Assembly (NCBI RefSeq): GCF_036321535.1
Contig: NC_087436.1
Span: forward strand, 114,950,001 to 115,014,000
Direction of reading: 5' to 3'
Source: Camelus dromedarius
Lineage: Eukaryota
DNA length: 64,000 nt
The notes beneath the pieces were generated by a model that ran no database searches, was not told where the DNA came from, and was given only the letters and a program-made list of their open reading frames with translations. Made by a program: the position numbers and the translations under genes. Positions 24,188-38,015 of this stretch are shown here, piece by piece; position 1 is the first letter of the stretch; the number at the start of each line of letters is the position of its first letter.

Positions 24188-24553
24188 TGCTGTGGGCTGA
24201 ACTGTATCCTCCCCCCTCAAAAAGAGCTACATTGAAGCGCTCACCCCTAGTTCCACAGAATGTAGCCTTAGTTGGAAATAGTCACTGCAGATCTAATTAG
24301 CTAAGAGGAGATCATTCTGGAGTAGGGTAAGCCCTGCATTCAGTGCGACTGGCGTTCTTATAAGAGGAGGGGAGAGTACACAGGGAGAAGGTGGCCCTGT
24401 GACGATGGAGGCAGAGGCTGTAGTGCAAGCCACCCAGAGCCAGGGATTGCTGGTCATCACCAGAAGCTAGAAGAGGGACACGGAACGGATTTTGTTGTTT
24501 TAAGCCACCCAGTTTGTGGTGCTTTGTTACAGCAGTCCCAGGAAACTCATGAA
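24188..24553 (+). mobile_element. MaLR LTR (MLT1B/C)
   Basis: tgctgtgggctgaactgtatcc...tggagtagggtaagccct...tttaagccacccagtttgtggtgctttgttacagcagtcccaggaaact. Confidence 0.85.
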
Positions 24554-24845
24554 ACTAGTTGTTCTAAAGAGTCATTTGGGAGATAAACATTCATTTCTAT
24601 TGCAAACCCAGGAAAAAACTGTTCTCCGATAGTTTAAAACCTTTCTGCTGGAGCAAAAACAAAACACAAAAACAAAAAAAGGCAAAATCCCCAAACCCTC
24701 TTTGGCCCATTACAGTGGATGGCATTTAGGGATCTGAAAGTTTATTCCATTAATCAGGAGCACTTCATCATCTAGCACAGTCAGACGGTACCACTGCTAG
24801 GACTCCGGTAAATATTTTCATCCTTTAGGGTGCTGGGGCTGTTTG

Positions 24846-24995
24846 TTTTTTTTTTTTAATTTTTGAAAAATTGAGGTCTAGTCAGTTACAATGTGTCAAT
24901 TTCTGCATAATGTCCCAGTATAATATCTCAGTCATGCATATACATACATATATTCATTTTTTATGATAGGTTTTTACAAGATGCTGAATATAGTT
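24846..24995 (-). mobile_element. Short L1 3' end
   Basis: T-tail then attgaggtctagtcagttacaatgtgtcaatttctg...tacaagatgctgaatatagtt. Confidence 0.7.
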
Positions 24996-26619
24996 TTGCA
25001 AATGGAGCTGTTTAAAAAAGACAAAACCTTCACCTGCTCGCACTAACTGACACTCGTGCGTTGATGCCCTGTTGCCTGCCTGGATAATATGGGATTAAGG
25101 CAGTGAGACTAAGGCATGTTTTGTCTTCAGCCTCGCTTCAAAGTGGACATTCTGAATGATGAATAGCAAGGGAAAAAACCTGACATTAACCTTCATCCTT
25201 ACACTGAAACCTTCATCCTGAACTCAGATGTGCTTGTCTTAAAAGATCTCCCTTCTAATTCTCCGTAGCAATCTCCCCTGTCTTGTGAGATCCAGTTTGG
25301 GTTTGCTTTTCTCCCGTGTCCCACATTCACTGATAATGTGAAAATGTCACAGATACTCCCTATCACAAAAGAGAAAAGTGAAGGCAAATTCCTTTTAGGA
25401 AAACTGGGCTGCAGATTATCACAAGTTGGCTCTGTTTAATAGATAAGAAAATTCAGATGACAGAGCAAGACAATTACATTGATTAATACTGGAGCACAAA
25501 GAGAAAGAAATATTAACCAGAAAAGCTTTGGCTCTCCATTCCTACTGCTTCAACAGGCAGCCCCCACTCCCCAGCAACCTCATTTCTATTGAAACCATCT
25601 TCAGCACCAGACCTCCCAATGACTTTAGCCTGGGAGGTTTGGGGCTTTTTACCCTTGTTTGACTAATTCATGGTCACTCCGTGTGGGTTACTCTGGTTTT
25701 ACTCTTCGGGACAGACACAAACTATTTTGCCACAATTAATGTTTTGGTCAGCAATGTGCAGACTTAAAGCCCTGAGTTATATGACTAGGCAAATAAAACG
25801 CAACCACAAAATTTGGTCTGCCCTGGTTGGCTGTGATTCACCCACAAGGGCAGGCCGGCAGTCTTGCTGCTTTCCCCCAAAGCCCTAGGAAAATCAGACT
25901 GTCATATTATATTTTTTTGTCCCTTTATACAGAGGCAGAGCCAGTCTGTAGAAATTGTGGGGCTCAAATATTTAATTTGTGTAATGCAGTGGAACAATTT
26001 CAACAGGTAGAGATTAGTCAAGTATCCAGACTGAAAAACATTCACACACCGCTCAGAGAAGTGTGAAGTTCTGGCCATTATGACAGGAAAGGAGCTGCCT
26101 GGGATTTACAGATTCCAAAAATTAGATATAATAGGTGTTTTTTTTTTTTAATGGAGGGTTTCACACTAAAAACTAAAAATTATTGATTTTATGAATAAAT
26201 AGATTTTCTTAAATGATTTAGAAAGTTCTGTTTATTCATTTACCGACAGTGTTTAGAATATATAGTAGCCAGTGTGTCTGCAGATATATTTATGTTGGAC
26301 TGTTTGGCTTGGCTTCACCTCTGTAATAATTTATAACAGTTTCAATGTAAACCTACCACTGAACAGGCCATAAAGGTCCTGGATTTTAACCATCGTTGTG
26401 CAGATAAACCCACAGTCCTGGTTCTCACCACGGAGTTCCAGCTCATCCCTATCAGGCCTGCAGAAATTTTTCACTGAGGAAAGTTTAAATACTAAGGAAC
26501 TTTAATTCATTTCTCCGTTTTTCAGCTTTGTGTTCCTTTTTAAAAGAGGCTTTTATTTATTTTTAAGAAATAAATCTTTAGAGGCAATTATTGAATTAAA
26601 AATTAAATTTTCTCATGTT

Positions 26620-26758
26620 TTTAAAATTTATTTTTTATTGAGTTGTAGTCAGTTTACAATGTGTCAATTTCTGGTGTACAGCACAATGCTTCAGTCATAC
26701 ATGAATATACATATGTTCATTTTCTTATTCTTTTTCACCATGAGGTACTACAAGATAA
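26620..26758 (-). mobile_element. Short L1 3' end
   Basis: ttttattgagttgtagtcagtttacaatgtgtcaatttctggtgtacagcacaatg...tacaagata. Confidence 0.75.
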
Positions 26759-27339
26759 ATGCCTTTTTTAAAATTAGTGATGATCAACTTTTAGACATTT
26801 ATTTATGCTGCACTCATAATTGACAGATATTGACATAAAAATGGGAAAATAATTCTGATTCTTAGCTATTTTCTTAATATGTATCAATTTCAATCAGTTG
26901 ATGAGAAGCATCAGGGTTTGGGTTGTAGTTTTGCTTTCAATATTTCCTATATTTTCCAGGTATTTTAGATTAGGTTTAGGTATCCTTCCACATACTATAC
27001 TGATAGATTTTTAATGTTAAAACACCCTTATTGTTAATGTATTACATTTCAGTGATTAAATCATTATAATACTTTTAACATAATTTTAAAAGTTAGTTTT
27101 AACTACCCATATAATACATTAGCTATTTTGGCAAGTAGAGAAAGGAGTATTTTTTCCCCAAGGAAAAAAAAATCAACAACTTTTTAAAGAGTTTACAATT
27201 TGCATTTGAGAAAGAATGAACATTGTCGACAGAGATCAAACTGACAGAGAAAAGGCCCACTTAGTGGCGAGTAAGACGTATACAGCTCTGTGTATCTTCT
27301 GATGAATAATCCCCGTAAGGGATGTTTCACGGCTGGAAA

Positions 27340-27700
27340 CTCTTGCTCCGCCGGCACGTCGGCAGGACTGGTTCTCATACTCCGTTGTAGCTAACATTTA
27401 TTGTCTCTGCAATCGTTCACCGATTCACCCAGGAAATAACTGCCTAAGCACCCATTCTGGGCCACGCTCGCGGGCAGCGCTGCCTCTCGCGCACGTGATT
27501 TTGCGGACTGGGCGACGCCACCGCGCCAACTTCATAGGCGGTAAAAGCGCGGTTCTGAGAGGTTGCTCTCCTTGCTCCGCCTCCGCGCCGTGAGGGTGCG
27601 GCAGAGCCGAGACCTGAGCGGTTCCCGTCTGCTTCCAGATAGGGCGGTTTGAAAGCTGGCTCTGGAATGAAATAGCTCGGCCTGTGAACCCTGATGCGGC
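27340..27700. promoter_or_regulatory. Small CpG island / promoter-like element with no visible associated gene
   Basis: GC-rich and CpG-dense in an AT-rich background. E-box CACGTG at 27492-27497 adjacent to TCTCGCG; GC-box-like CTCCGCCTCC and GGGCGG. Confidence 0.7.
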
Positions 27701-28569
27701 TTTTCCTCAGTAGTGTGACCTCCTCACGTTGTTTACCCATCTAACACTTCAGTTCCCTTCAGTTCCCATGCCTTTTTTTTTTTTCTTCCCTTTCCCACCA
27801 GCTGTTTAAGATCTAAAGAGCTATCCTCAGAAAGTGGAGCTCGGTGTTGGGAACCTCTGCTTAATAGGCTGATGGATACTGACTCATTCACCAATGTAAG
27901 GTACTCCTTAGGAGTCCAAACATTAAAACAAAAGCCCCCAAATTATGTGGTGTTAACGTATCACATAGACTTATTTTACTTTATAAAAATCAGTTAAAAA
28001 ATAAATTATAAAGACAGTAATGATAACCCTATATCCCACCATTCTCCATTAACTACTGCTAATATTTTCTTTAACATCTGTACATGTACATAGTGTGTGT
28101 GTGTGTGCGTTTACACACACAGGCTCATATTACATTTGCACAAGTAGGACGATACTAAAATTTTTATATAAAACTGTGAGAAGGATATCACGTTTCCAAG
28201 TGCATCGCTTTAGTAGCTACGTAACACCTGGGGTATGAGTGCCGCACTGTTTGTTTAATTAGTCTTATGTTGATAAGCATTTAACTACAAGAAACATCCT
28301 TGTACGTTGTCTCACTTACATGATAAGCATCATCGAAATTGATTCTAGAAGTCAGATTGCTGAATCAAAGTTCATTCCTCCTTTGGTGCATAATACAAAG
28401 TGTTCTCTAGAAAAGTTTCATGAATTTATATTATGTTAGTAACCATTTTCTAATCAATACTGAATTTCTCTACTTTCCAAAACCTTTCCCAGTAAAACAT
28501 GTGAAAAATGATACCTTTAAAAATTATTCATTCCTCATAATGAGAATGAACATTAAAAAAAATAAAACA

Positions 28570-29645
28570 TACTTTTAAAATTTTAGAAGTTTTAAATTTA
28601 CAGAAAAATTGCAAAGATAATAGAGAGTTCTCAAACACCCCTTTTCCCTAAAGTTAAAATATGGCATTAGTATGGCTCATTTGTTAAAATTAGTGAATGC
28701 TATGAGTACATTCATATTACTGAAGTCCATGCTTCATCCAGGTTTTCGTAGTTTCTAGCTAATGCCCTTTCTCATTCCAGGATCCTATCTGGGATGACAC
28801 ATCACACTTAGCAGTGGTGTCTCCATAGCCTTTCCTTGGCTGTGAGTCGCCTGTGTTTTCTCTGTTCCTGATGACCTTGGCAGTTTCGAGGAGTCCTGTT
28901 CAGGTGTTTGTAGAATCTCTCTTTGCTGGGGTTTGAGTGGTGTTTCTTCCATGACCATACGAGGGTAATGTGGGAGATAACAGAGGTAGAGTGCCATTTT
29001 CGTCACTTACATCCACAGTACCTGCTATCAGCACGGCTTATAAATGCTGACGTGGCCCTGGATTACCTGACTGAAGCAGTGATTGTAGGATTCCTCCTAC
29101 AGTCTCCCCTCGCATAGTGTACTCATTCAAAGGAAGTCACCATGCGTAGCCTACGCTTAAGGAGTAAGAAGTTATCCTTCACCTCCTCGAGGACCGTTAT
29201 CTACATAAATTATTTGGAATTCTTCTGCATGGAAGATTTGTCTGTTTTTTATTTGTTAATTAATTAATTAACTCATTCATTATCCACTCATCCATTTATA
29301 TCAGTATGACCTCATGGGTTATAATCTGATACTACTTTATTTTGTTTCTCAGATTGTTCCAGTTTTGGCCATTAGGAGCTCCTTTGGTTGTCTCATGTGT
29401 CACTTTGACATACCTCATCGTTGTAGCTTGTTTGATGTTAGTTTCCTTCCTTCCTTCCTTCCTCTTTCTACCCTCCCTCCCTCCCTCCCTCTTTCTTTCT
29501 CTCTCTTCCTCCTTCCCTCCCTCCCTGCCTCCCTTCTTTCCTTCCTTCCTTCTCTTCTTTTTTTCTTTTTACTTTTTTGATCATTTCCTTACTTTATAGC
29601 ACTGCACGGTGCTCCAGGCTCATCTTGTATTTTTCCTTCCCAGAT
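28570..29645 (-). mobile_element. Old L1 3' region (L1MC/L1MD type)
   Basis: tttaaatttacagaaaaattgcaaagataatagagagttc...ttccaggatcctatctggga...gttccagttttggccattaggagctcctt...gctccaggctcatcttgta. Confidence 0.75.
29443..29578. repeat. Polypyrimidine (CCTT/CCCT)n low-complexity tract
   Basis: Direct reading. Confidence 0.9.
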
Positions 29646-30994
29646 GAATATATTTTAAAATGTGATTCTAGCATGAATATTTACTCTTTTGAAACTTGCA
29701 CATTCATGTTCTTTGTTCATTTCTATGCTAAGACACTTGTCTGCTTATCAATTGATTTAAAAGATACTTTAGAATTTTAAGGCAATTAAGTGTCAGTGGA
29801 AGAGATGCAATTTACTTGTTAAACTCCCACACTGGAATGGCGACGGTGGGGGTGGGTGGCAGAGGTTGAGGGGAGAAAATTTTTGCCTTACACTGCCAAA
29901 TATTAGGCTACTTTCTGCTTTTATCATCTAATACAATCCATTGTCAGTTTCCTGCATTTGAAGTGTGACTCCTTCTATTACAATATTAAAAATATATTTT
30001 TATTTATTTTTTGTTGGTACAATGAAAACTTAATGGAAGCCGTAACAGCCATTATTTATTGGAACATCTACTCTTTGCTAAATACGTGCTTAGATTTTTA
30101 CATATATTGCTTGTAAACCTCACAAAAGCCATGAGAGGTTTGTTACGGTTAGTTTTGTCATACAGAAGAAAGCCAGCCCTTCAAGAGGTTGCATCGCTCA
30201 AGGTCAAACTCCCAGTGAGTTGCAGATTTGGGACATAGATCAGTGACTTTCTGACTTCAGAACCCATGGTCTTCGCTCTTCTCCATGCTGTCCAGTTATT
30301 AGAAGATAGTTTTCTACTTCTACTAGGAGACCTCGGTCTGCTTCAATGTCAGGAAGTCATCAGACAATTCCCTGGTTCTTCATCTACCAATTGCAGGATT
30401 CATTTTTTTTTTAATCAGCCATTATTTGATTAGAGAAACAGAACCACTAGGAATGATACAGAATACGAGCTTTAGCAGAGGGATTTAACCCTATGGAATT
30501 CTGTAAGTTGGTCAAAGTACTTGATGCATGCCATTGCTTCTGTGTTTGGAAAGCTAGGACTGCTAAATTCAGTCCCAGCACTAAACACAGGAACAATGAG
30601 ACATCAGTGACAATATAGGTGACTCCCGCACACCTGGTGCCTTGCCCAGTCCACTCGAGCATAAGAATAATACGGCTGCTGCTTCTGATCTAGCTCAGAA
30701 TACCCAAACCCTTACAGGTAAGGAGATTCATGGAAACAGAGTTGCTGCTCAGTTAAATTGACAGGATAGAAATCGCCACAATACCTGGGTGCGGTAGCCT
30801 CCCGAGATCCTCCTGCGGCTGATCAGGTACAAGTGTGTTCGAAGGCTGAGGGTGGAGAATAAACTTGAGAGAGGATACTGTCAAAAGGGTAGGGGATGAC
30901 TGAGAGAACAAGAGCCCAGGGGAGGCATGAAGTGATGGAGCCAAGATCTCAGTGAGCAGGGAGCCCGGAGCGCACATCCAAATGAGAGTGCAGA

Positions 30995-31508
30995 TGGTGT
31001 GGAAGCCACATCCAATGAGCCCCACCTCCTGATATGTCACCCTAGTGTTGTCTCTGTCCGCGTTGCACCAAGGCTGAGCTGTGTGGCATACGGAAGAAGT
31101 GACAGTCTGCTACTTCCATGACTCATTTGTAGAAGGGCTTCTGTCTTAGATGGGCTTGCTCGCTGTCTGGTCACTTGTTTTGAGGAAACCAGCTGCCATG
31201 TCTTGAGAACACTTGGGAAACCTTTGGAGAGTTGTGCAGTGAAAAACGGAGGCTTCTAGCTAAAGAACTGAGACTTGCCAACTGCCACACGAGAGAGCTT
31301 GGAAGTGGATCCTCCCCACCCCCCACAGGCCGCACCTGACTTTAGTCCCGGATGACAGCGAGGCTGCAACACTGTGTAGATACTGAGCTAGTACCACCAG
31401 CTACGACGCTCGTGAATCCCTGACCCTCTGAAAGTCGGTGATGTAGTACAAGTTGTTTTAAGTTAAGTTTTGGGGTAATTTGTTGCACAGCAATAGTTAA
31501 CTAGTACA
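30995..31508 (+). mobile_element. MaLR LTR (MLT1E/F-like)
   Basis: agctgccatgtcttgag...gagagagcttggaagtggatcctcc...ttttggggtaatttgttgcacagcaatagttaactagtaca. Confidence 0.75.
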
Positions 31509-33369
31509 GGTGAGTACAGAAAAAAAATAGGCCTAGGGATGAGAGTAATGTCTGTTAGCCAATGCCTGTTGGTCCCTGATTGACTGTAAATAAGAGTGTG
31601 ATGGTTTTAGTAGAAGGGTATGAATTCATTGACGAGTTTGGAGTTACCATAATGGAAAAGAGCAGGGAAACAGAAGAGTTGAAAAGGATCCCTGAGGGTC
31701 CAGCTGAGGTTGGAAACCATCCATCTCGGGTGTCCACCCACCTGGATGGTGGGGTTTTAGTCTGCAGGTGTGGTAGATGGCAGGAGATTTAAGGGAACTA
31801 AGGATACTGGCAAGCAAGGGTAGTTCAGATAATGCACCATGGGATCCTTGCTTACACTTTGCTAAAGATTTCTCTGTAGCTGGCCATGTGCTCATCTTGT
31901 GCATGTCTGTTTCACTTGGACACGTGAATCTGGGCTCATCTGGACACTTGTCCCATTCCAAGGGCACCATCTCCCTTTTTGGTCTGATCCCTATCATTCT
32001 GGGTTTAACACTGTTTCCTGAGCTCCATTCTAACAGCCCCCAACAACTCTGTGAGGTCTACAGATCATGGACTGCTTTCCTGAGCCAAGTTCTGGGAAGG
32101 CTAAGTGATTAATCTAGAGTCTCACAGCTAGCCAGTGGCAGAGTCAGGCTTAGACTGGGAACTTCCGGCTCTCTGTCCTTTGCCAATATGCTTTATTTAT
32201 TTTTTTAATTTTAGGTTTTCCTCATTATGACTATGGCAGATCAGACTCAACAGGTACGCTAGGAGCAGGCCATTGGAGGATGAGCAAATTGAGCTGCATT
32301 TAGGATTTGTGCATCTTAATACCTTAAAATATTTTTCTAACATTTTGGGTTTGGCATAGCAAAGGGTGCCAAGATCCTTTTCCTTTCATTTTTAAACCCA
32401 CATGTATTTTCAGGGAAATTAAGCTCATATGTTTCTGATTCATTTACTGTATAACTCATCAAAATATTGTTTTATAACAGTTCTTGGCAGTCCATGAAAC
32501 CTTTTAAAATATAGACTTTTCCCCTCTCACTACCAAGGAAGCCATGTTTTACTAAGAGCATACAATTAACTCCAAAGGGTTTTCTGAATAAATTTTACAT
32601 GAGCATTGAAGACTTTACCGGTTTCTCTGTGATCAACAAGAATGCACATCAACAAACGCACTATGTGTTTAGACTGTTAGATGTGTCGGGACCTAGAGTT
32701 ATAAAGGCAAATGAGAAGCAGCCCCCAGATTTCAATTAGTCGCCATGATGGATGTCAACAATGGTGACAGCCAAAACATGTGCTGAGCTTTTTAAATGTC
32801 TGCTATTGGGCGAAGCCTTTTATAAACATCACATGATGTGATCTCAGCGGCTCTTTGTGCCACTATACTTATTTTTAAGAAAGAAAACTGAGACTTAGTC
32901 AAGTCATGCAATTGGTTGGCAGTGGATCCATGACACACTCTCTGGCAGTTTGATGGCACAGCCCAGTCTTTTAAACTGTTATACAGACTTGGAGGAAGTG
33001 AAGATACAGTGAGGCAAAGCTAATGTCCAGGTTTTTGGAAGTAGAGATGGAACCTCATTAGTGATATATAATTTGTTTCTGTTTAAGCTTTAATTATGAC
33101 CACAAAACTGTTTCCTTCTGGCTTCTTTGCTTACATTTTGGACATTCTTTGTCAAAGATCATGATCATGCAATGAAAAGTTTTGCTGATGCCTTTTGGGT
33201 AGCTTATCTGAGACGTCAGCCCTGTGACCTTGTAAGCCAGTGCTCCTTCTCATATGATGGGGCCCTCTCAGAAGAAGCTCTGCCATTTCCACAGTGTACA
33301 TGACAATCTCCATACTGTGCTTTCTGAGTTAGTTTTTGTATAAGAACATCATTATTTATATTGCTAGTA

Positions 33370-33540
33370 TAGTAAGAGCTACCATATTTTCAATGTTTCT
33401 CTATGCCAGGTAAATGCTTTTCTTAAATTTACCTCATTTCATCCTCTCAAAAGCCCCCCTGAGATGTACAGTGTCAGCTCCTCAGTTTTCAGATGAGGAA
33501 ACTGAGGCATAGAGCAATTAAGTACTAACTACTAGGAAAT
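33370..33540 (-). mobile_element. MIR
   Basis: cagatgaggaaactgaggcatagagcaattaagtact core. Confidence 0.8.
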
Positions 33541-33693
33541 AACAGTCTTTCACATTCAGTGGCATGAAATTTGAAAAATGAGCTAATGATAATGGATGAT
33601 CAAAAAGAATGCATCTTTAGAATATTTAAGTTTCATAGGATAATGAGCTACCTGGGATAGAAAAGATCTACTTCAGGTAAGTCCATTTGTGTC

Positions 33694-34266
33694 CTTTTTT
33701 TTAAGATTCCACATATAAGCAATATCATATGGTATTTTTCTTTCTCTTTCTGACTTACTTCACTTAGAATGACAATCTAGGTCCATCCATGGTGCTGCAA
33801 ATGGCATTATTTTATTCTTTTTTATGGCTGAATGGTATTCCATTGTGTGTATGTACCATATCTTCTTTATCCAGTCACCTGTCAATGGGTATTTGTGTTG
33901 TTTCCACATCTTGGCTATTATAAATAGTGCTGCTGTGAACATTGGGGTACATGTGTCCTTTCAAATTATATTTTCCTGTGGATATATGCCCAGGAATGGG
34001 ATTGCTGGATCACATGGTAACTCTAGTTTTAGTTTTTTGGGGGATCTCCTTACTGTCCTTGATAGTGGCTGCATCAATTTACATTCCCACCAACAGTGTA
34101 GGAGGGTTCCTTTTTCTCCATACCCTCTCTAGCATTTATCATTTGTGGACTTTTTAATGATGGTGTGAGGTGATAACTCATTGTAATTTTGATTTGCATT
34201 TCTCTAACAATTAGCAATATTGAGCATCTTATCTCTGCTTTGTCATCTGTATGTCTTCTTTAGACA
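33694..34266 (-). mobile_element. L1 fragment (ORF2 C-terminus)
   Basis: Track ORF 33760..33942 [55 protein letters not shown] is the L1 ORF2 tail. Confidence 0.9.
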
Positions 34267-36334
34267 AAAGACCAACTTCAGAGAGCCAGTTTTTCTGATT
34301 TCCAGTCTGAGAACTGGCAGTATAAAAATAAGGGAAAAGATCTGATATATATGAGAATTATGTGAGATCTACATATGTGTATATGTGTGTGTATAATTAT
34401 GAAACATAATAATTAAATGAATACCCATTAATCCACCATGCAACTCAAGATCTAGTGCATTAGCGATGCCATTGCATTCATCTGTGGGTCACTGTCCTAA
34501 CTCAGGTCTATATTAATCACTGTATTTATCCTTTCTCTTAAAAATAATCTTAAATATATATCATAAATAATACATTGTTTAATTTTTCTGTTTTTAAGCC
34601 TTATATAAATGGTGTATATTCTATATATTCCTCTTTGACTTTTTAATTCAAGATTTAACTCAGTATTTCCAAGATTAATCCATGGGAAGTTGTATTTCAG
34701 TAATTTTCTCTGCTATGTAATATTCCACTTAGAAAAAATTAAAAAATATAATTTATCATCCATACTATTATTAATGGCCATTTGGGATTCGATCTTTTCT
34801 TTTCTTTCTTTTTTCTTTTTTTTGCTATTACTTTTTTTTAATATGTCAATTTTTAGACAAGCATTTTTTGCTCAAGGGCAAGTTTCTCTAATTATTAGGA
34901 TGAGTATGCAAATGTCCATAAATGTAAGATAATGCTAAATTATTTTTAATTTCTATTTGTTTTCTCAATTTACATTCCCAGCAGAATTGTGTACAGTTTC
35001 TTAATTTATAGCCATGTCAACTAATTTCTCTTTATTATTTTGGTTGGTTGGTATATTGTTTAAATTTTCACTTCTTCCTAACACTATTGAAGTTGGACAT
35101 CTTTTCAATCTTATTAGCCTTTTGTGTTTTAGTCAAGGTCCAAAGAAGAATGCAAAAACAACTTCAAGAATTTAAATGGAGAAAGAATATTGCAAGGCTT
35201 TGGTTACATAGGTGATGGAGTTGCCAAGCACTGAACAGGGGTGTCCTAGAAACTAACAACATGCGAAGCACTATCACCCCTGTGCTGGTGGACAAAGGGG
35301 AGAAGCTGTGTCATCAGTCTCAGCGACCTGAGACCATTTAGACCCCTTGATAGTCTCGTATATAATGTGGAGTCTCATGTATGGCTCTCCCACTGGCCCT
35401 GAAGACAGGAAAAAGCTAAGGGGTCATGAGAAAACAGTGAGATCAAACTCAACAATTTGTAGAAGGGTCACTAGAGCAAGTCACCCCCAGAATGGAAGAT
35501 GGAGATCAGAGAATTTTATTTTTTAATTTGAGATTTTGATGGCAGTGCGGGTTCTGATGATGAAAATGTACTAGGTAAAGTCAAATGGAAAGTAAATTCA
35601 CTGGAGGTTAGGAAAGTGACGGATGGAGAGGTTTATAGGGCCACTGTTTTACACAGTTTTAGGGGCCCCATTCACATAGTCATCCGTGACACTGGTTGGG
35701 CTAAAGATTGAATAATTAATCTACATCTACTCCCTCTTCTGTAATCATATTAATGTATAAAAGAAGGAGTTTCTGCATTCCTAGTAACCAGCATATGAGT
35801 GTCAGTAGGTGTCCAGTGAATGTTTGCTTGGTCAGTCAGTGAATGTTGATGTCACTTAGAATAAAGACGAGAGTAAATCTGTGGAAGAAGGCTGAATTAA
35901 CAGCTAAAGAATTAAATGAACGAGAAGGCGTAATTTATAGAGGTCAGCAGATGACAGCAACAAATTGGTAAAGATGGAGATAAAACCAGATGGCATGACC
36001 TTTTAAGCTATAAAGGTTCCTTTGCTTTCAGTGGGTTCCTTTGCTTTCAGTGTGTACGTGGATGGAAAATGGCTTGGGGGCTGTGATGACAGTTAGTCCC
36101 GCTTCTAAGCCACATGAGGTGTGATGTGAAAGATCCTCCACTTGAAAAAGCTGTAGGAAAAGGGGACTTGAAAAGAGTCGGCTAGGTTTCTAGGCAAGAT
36201 GGCATGAGCCTCCTGTGATGCTGGGAGCTTGCTGATTACAGACGGGAAGCTCCAAGGCATGACAGATGGCAAAGGAGGGAGGACATATTGGTCAGAGTCC
36301 TTATGGAAAAGTGAATTTTTCACAGATGGTTGAA

Positions 36335-36800
36335 TTTTGGAGACTTAAACAAAGAGGAACCATTTATCAAGGTGTAGGCAGGGTTAAGGGAACCAACAAG
36401 TGAAGTTAAGGCACCCAGAGACTAGGAATGGTGGGAAACCATTATTATCTCTTGGTCTGAAGGAGCCAAGGGAGGAGGAAGTGTTGAAGAGCCAGATGGT
36501 GGAGGGAAAAGTGCCTTTGGGAACTGTGGTCCAGGAGGAGGAATGGAGCCACTGCCAGAACCACATCAGCAAGTCAGGGCGGCGGCAGGAGGGAATAAAT
36601 GCTCCCACCTCTCTCTCTCTACTCAGCCTCCGACTTACTGCTTGTTCCCCCACCCCACAATGGCTGTACCCAACTGAAAGTCAGAGGACAGGGGAGCCTG
36701 GGAGCTGCCATACATAGGAGCTTCATTCTCAGGCAAAAAGTAGGGCAGAGAGAGCAAAGCATGTGTTTAGGGTGATGGTGGTGGGCAAATATCTGCCAGC
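36335..36800 (-). mobile_element. Old ERVL-type LTR (LTR33/LTR78-like)
   Basis: aaggtgtaggcagggttaagggaaccaacaag...tggctgtacccaactgaaagtcagaggacaggggagcctggg. Confidence 0.5.
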
Positions 36801-37829
36801 CACTCAGAAGGAAAACAACAAAGGACTTTGTCAGAGAGGGGACGCATGGAGGAGTCTGGGGCCAGAGTCTGGGTAATAATTAAGGACTGAGTTAAAGTCA
36901 GATGACAGGTAATATGGTTTGTAGTTTGTACTAAATGTCTTGAAGGAAGCATGGGCATTCCCTTCCCTGCCTTAATAAAATCTAGCTCACATTTTGGATT
37001 CTAAATTTTGATCTAGTGTCTTTGTGCTGTTCACTGGGAGCTCATGCTTTCTTGGGTGCTCATGAGAAACATGCTGTAGTGGAGGCTTTGGAGCTGGGAC
37101 ACGGTCATTCACAAGGGCAGGTACAAGGGCACAACTGGAAAAAGGCAGGGCCAAGCCGATTGGAGATAGGGGTCCACAATTTCTCGGTGTAACCCAAGGG
37201 CTCTTCAGAAACCTTAAGGTTCTCTCCTACTTGGAAACAACTGTTTGGTCCAGCTAAGTGCAGTCACTTCTTGAGTGCTTTCCAATGTCAAAGACTTTGC
37301 TTTGTTCGCCATCGCAATGCTCCTTCCAATCTATCACCCCCTCTCAAATTAAATATTAAATTAAATCTTAAACTAATATTGAATATAAAATTAATATTCA
37401 CCAGATCACCACCAACTTCATGAAGCCTTTTCTGTTCAGACGCCCAAACAGAAATGGACCAAAGGTCACTTTGCTTTTATTAGAATCCTAAGTTAATAGG
37501 AAATTAACTTAGGCAGACTATTTGAGTACCTATCATGAGAAGAATGCTCTGGAGAATGTAGAAGATTCACAGTCTACTCTAGAAAGCAAATGCTTCATGT
37601 GTGTGTTTACAAAATAACACTTTAGGTAAAAGAGATTATGGTCTTGTGAAGAAGAGACACATCAAACTGATTCAGAAAGTGGTACCACTGGGTTAAGAGA
37701 AAAACATTTAGCATCATTCGCTGATAGTTTCCATTCCAAAGGTATGAACTTGAACTTAGAGTTGTCTCATCTGTAAAGTGAGGGTAATAATACCTGTAAT
37801 CATTAGGATTGTATTTCCCGTTTCTCTAA

Positions 37830-38015
37830 GCAGTGTTCTCAGCTTCAGGCAGTGCTGCCCCCTGAGGGCACCTGTGGGAAAATACAGGGTGTTTTGTTTG
37901 TATCAAAGGCAGGGGATGCCACTGGCATTAAGTGTCTGGGGAGAGTGTAAGGCAATATGGAGACAGTCCTGCCATTTTGAACTATCCCACCCAAAATACC
38001 GGTAGTGCTCCCGCT
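37830..38015 (+). mobile_element. MER20-family hAT MITE
   Basis: cagtgttctcagc...gccccctgagggcac...gccactggcatt...tatcccacccaaaataccggtagtgc. Confidence 0.6.

Noticed and set aside
27637..27662. atagggcgg...aagct resembling the RNase P RNA 5' end
   Set aside because: Similarity stops after a few bases, with no downstream RNase P sequence.
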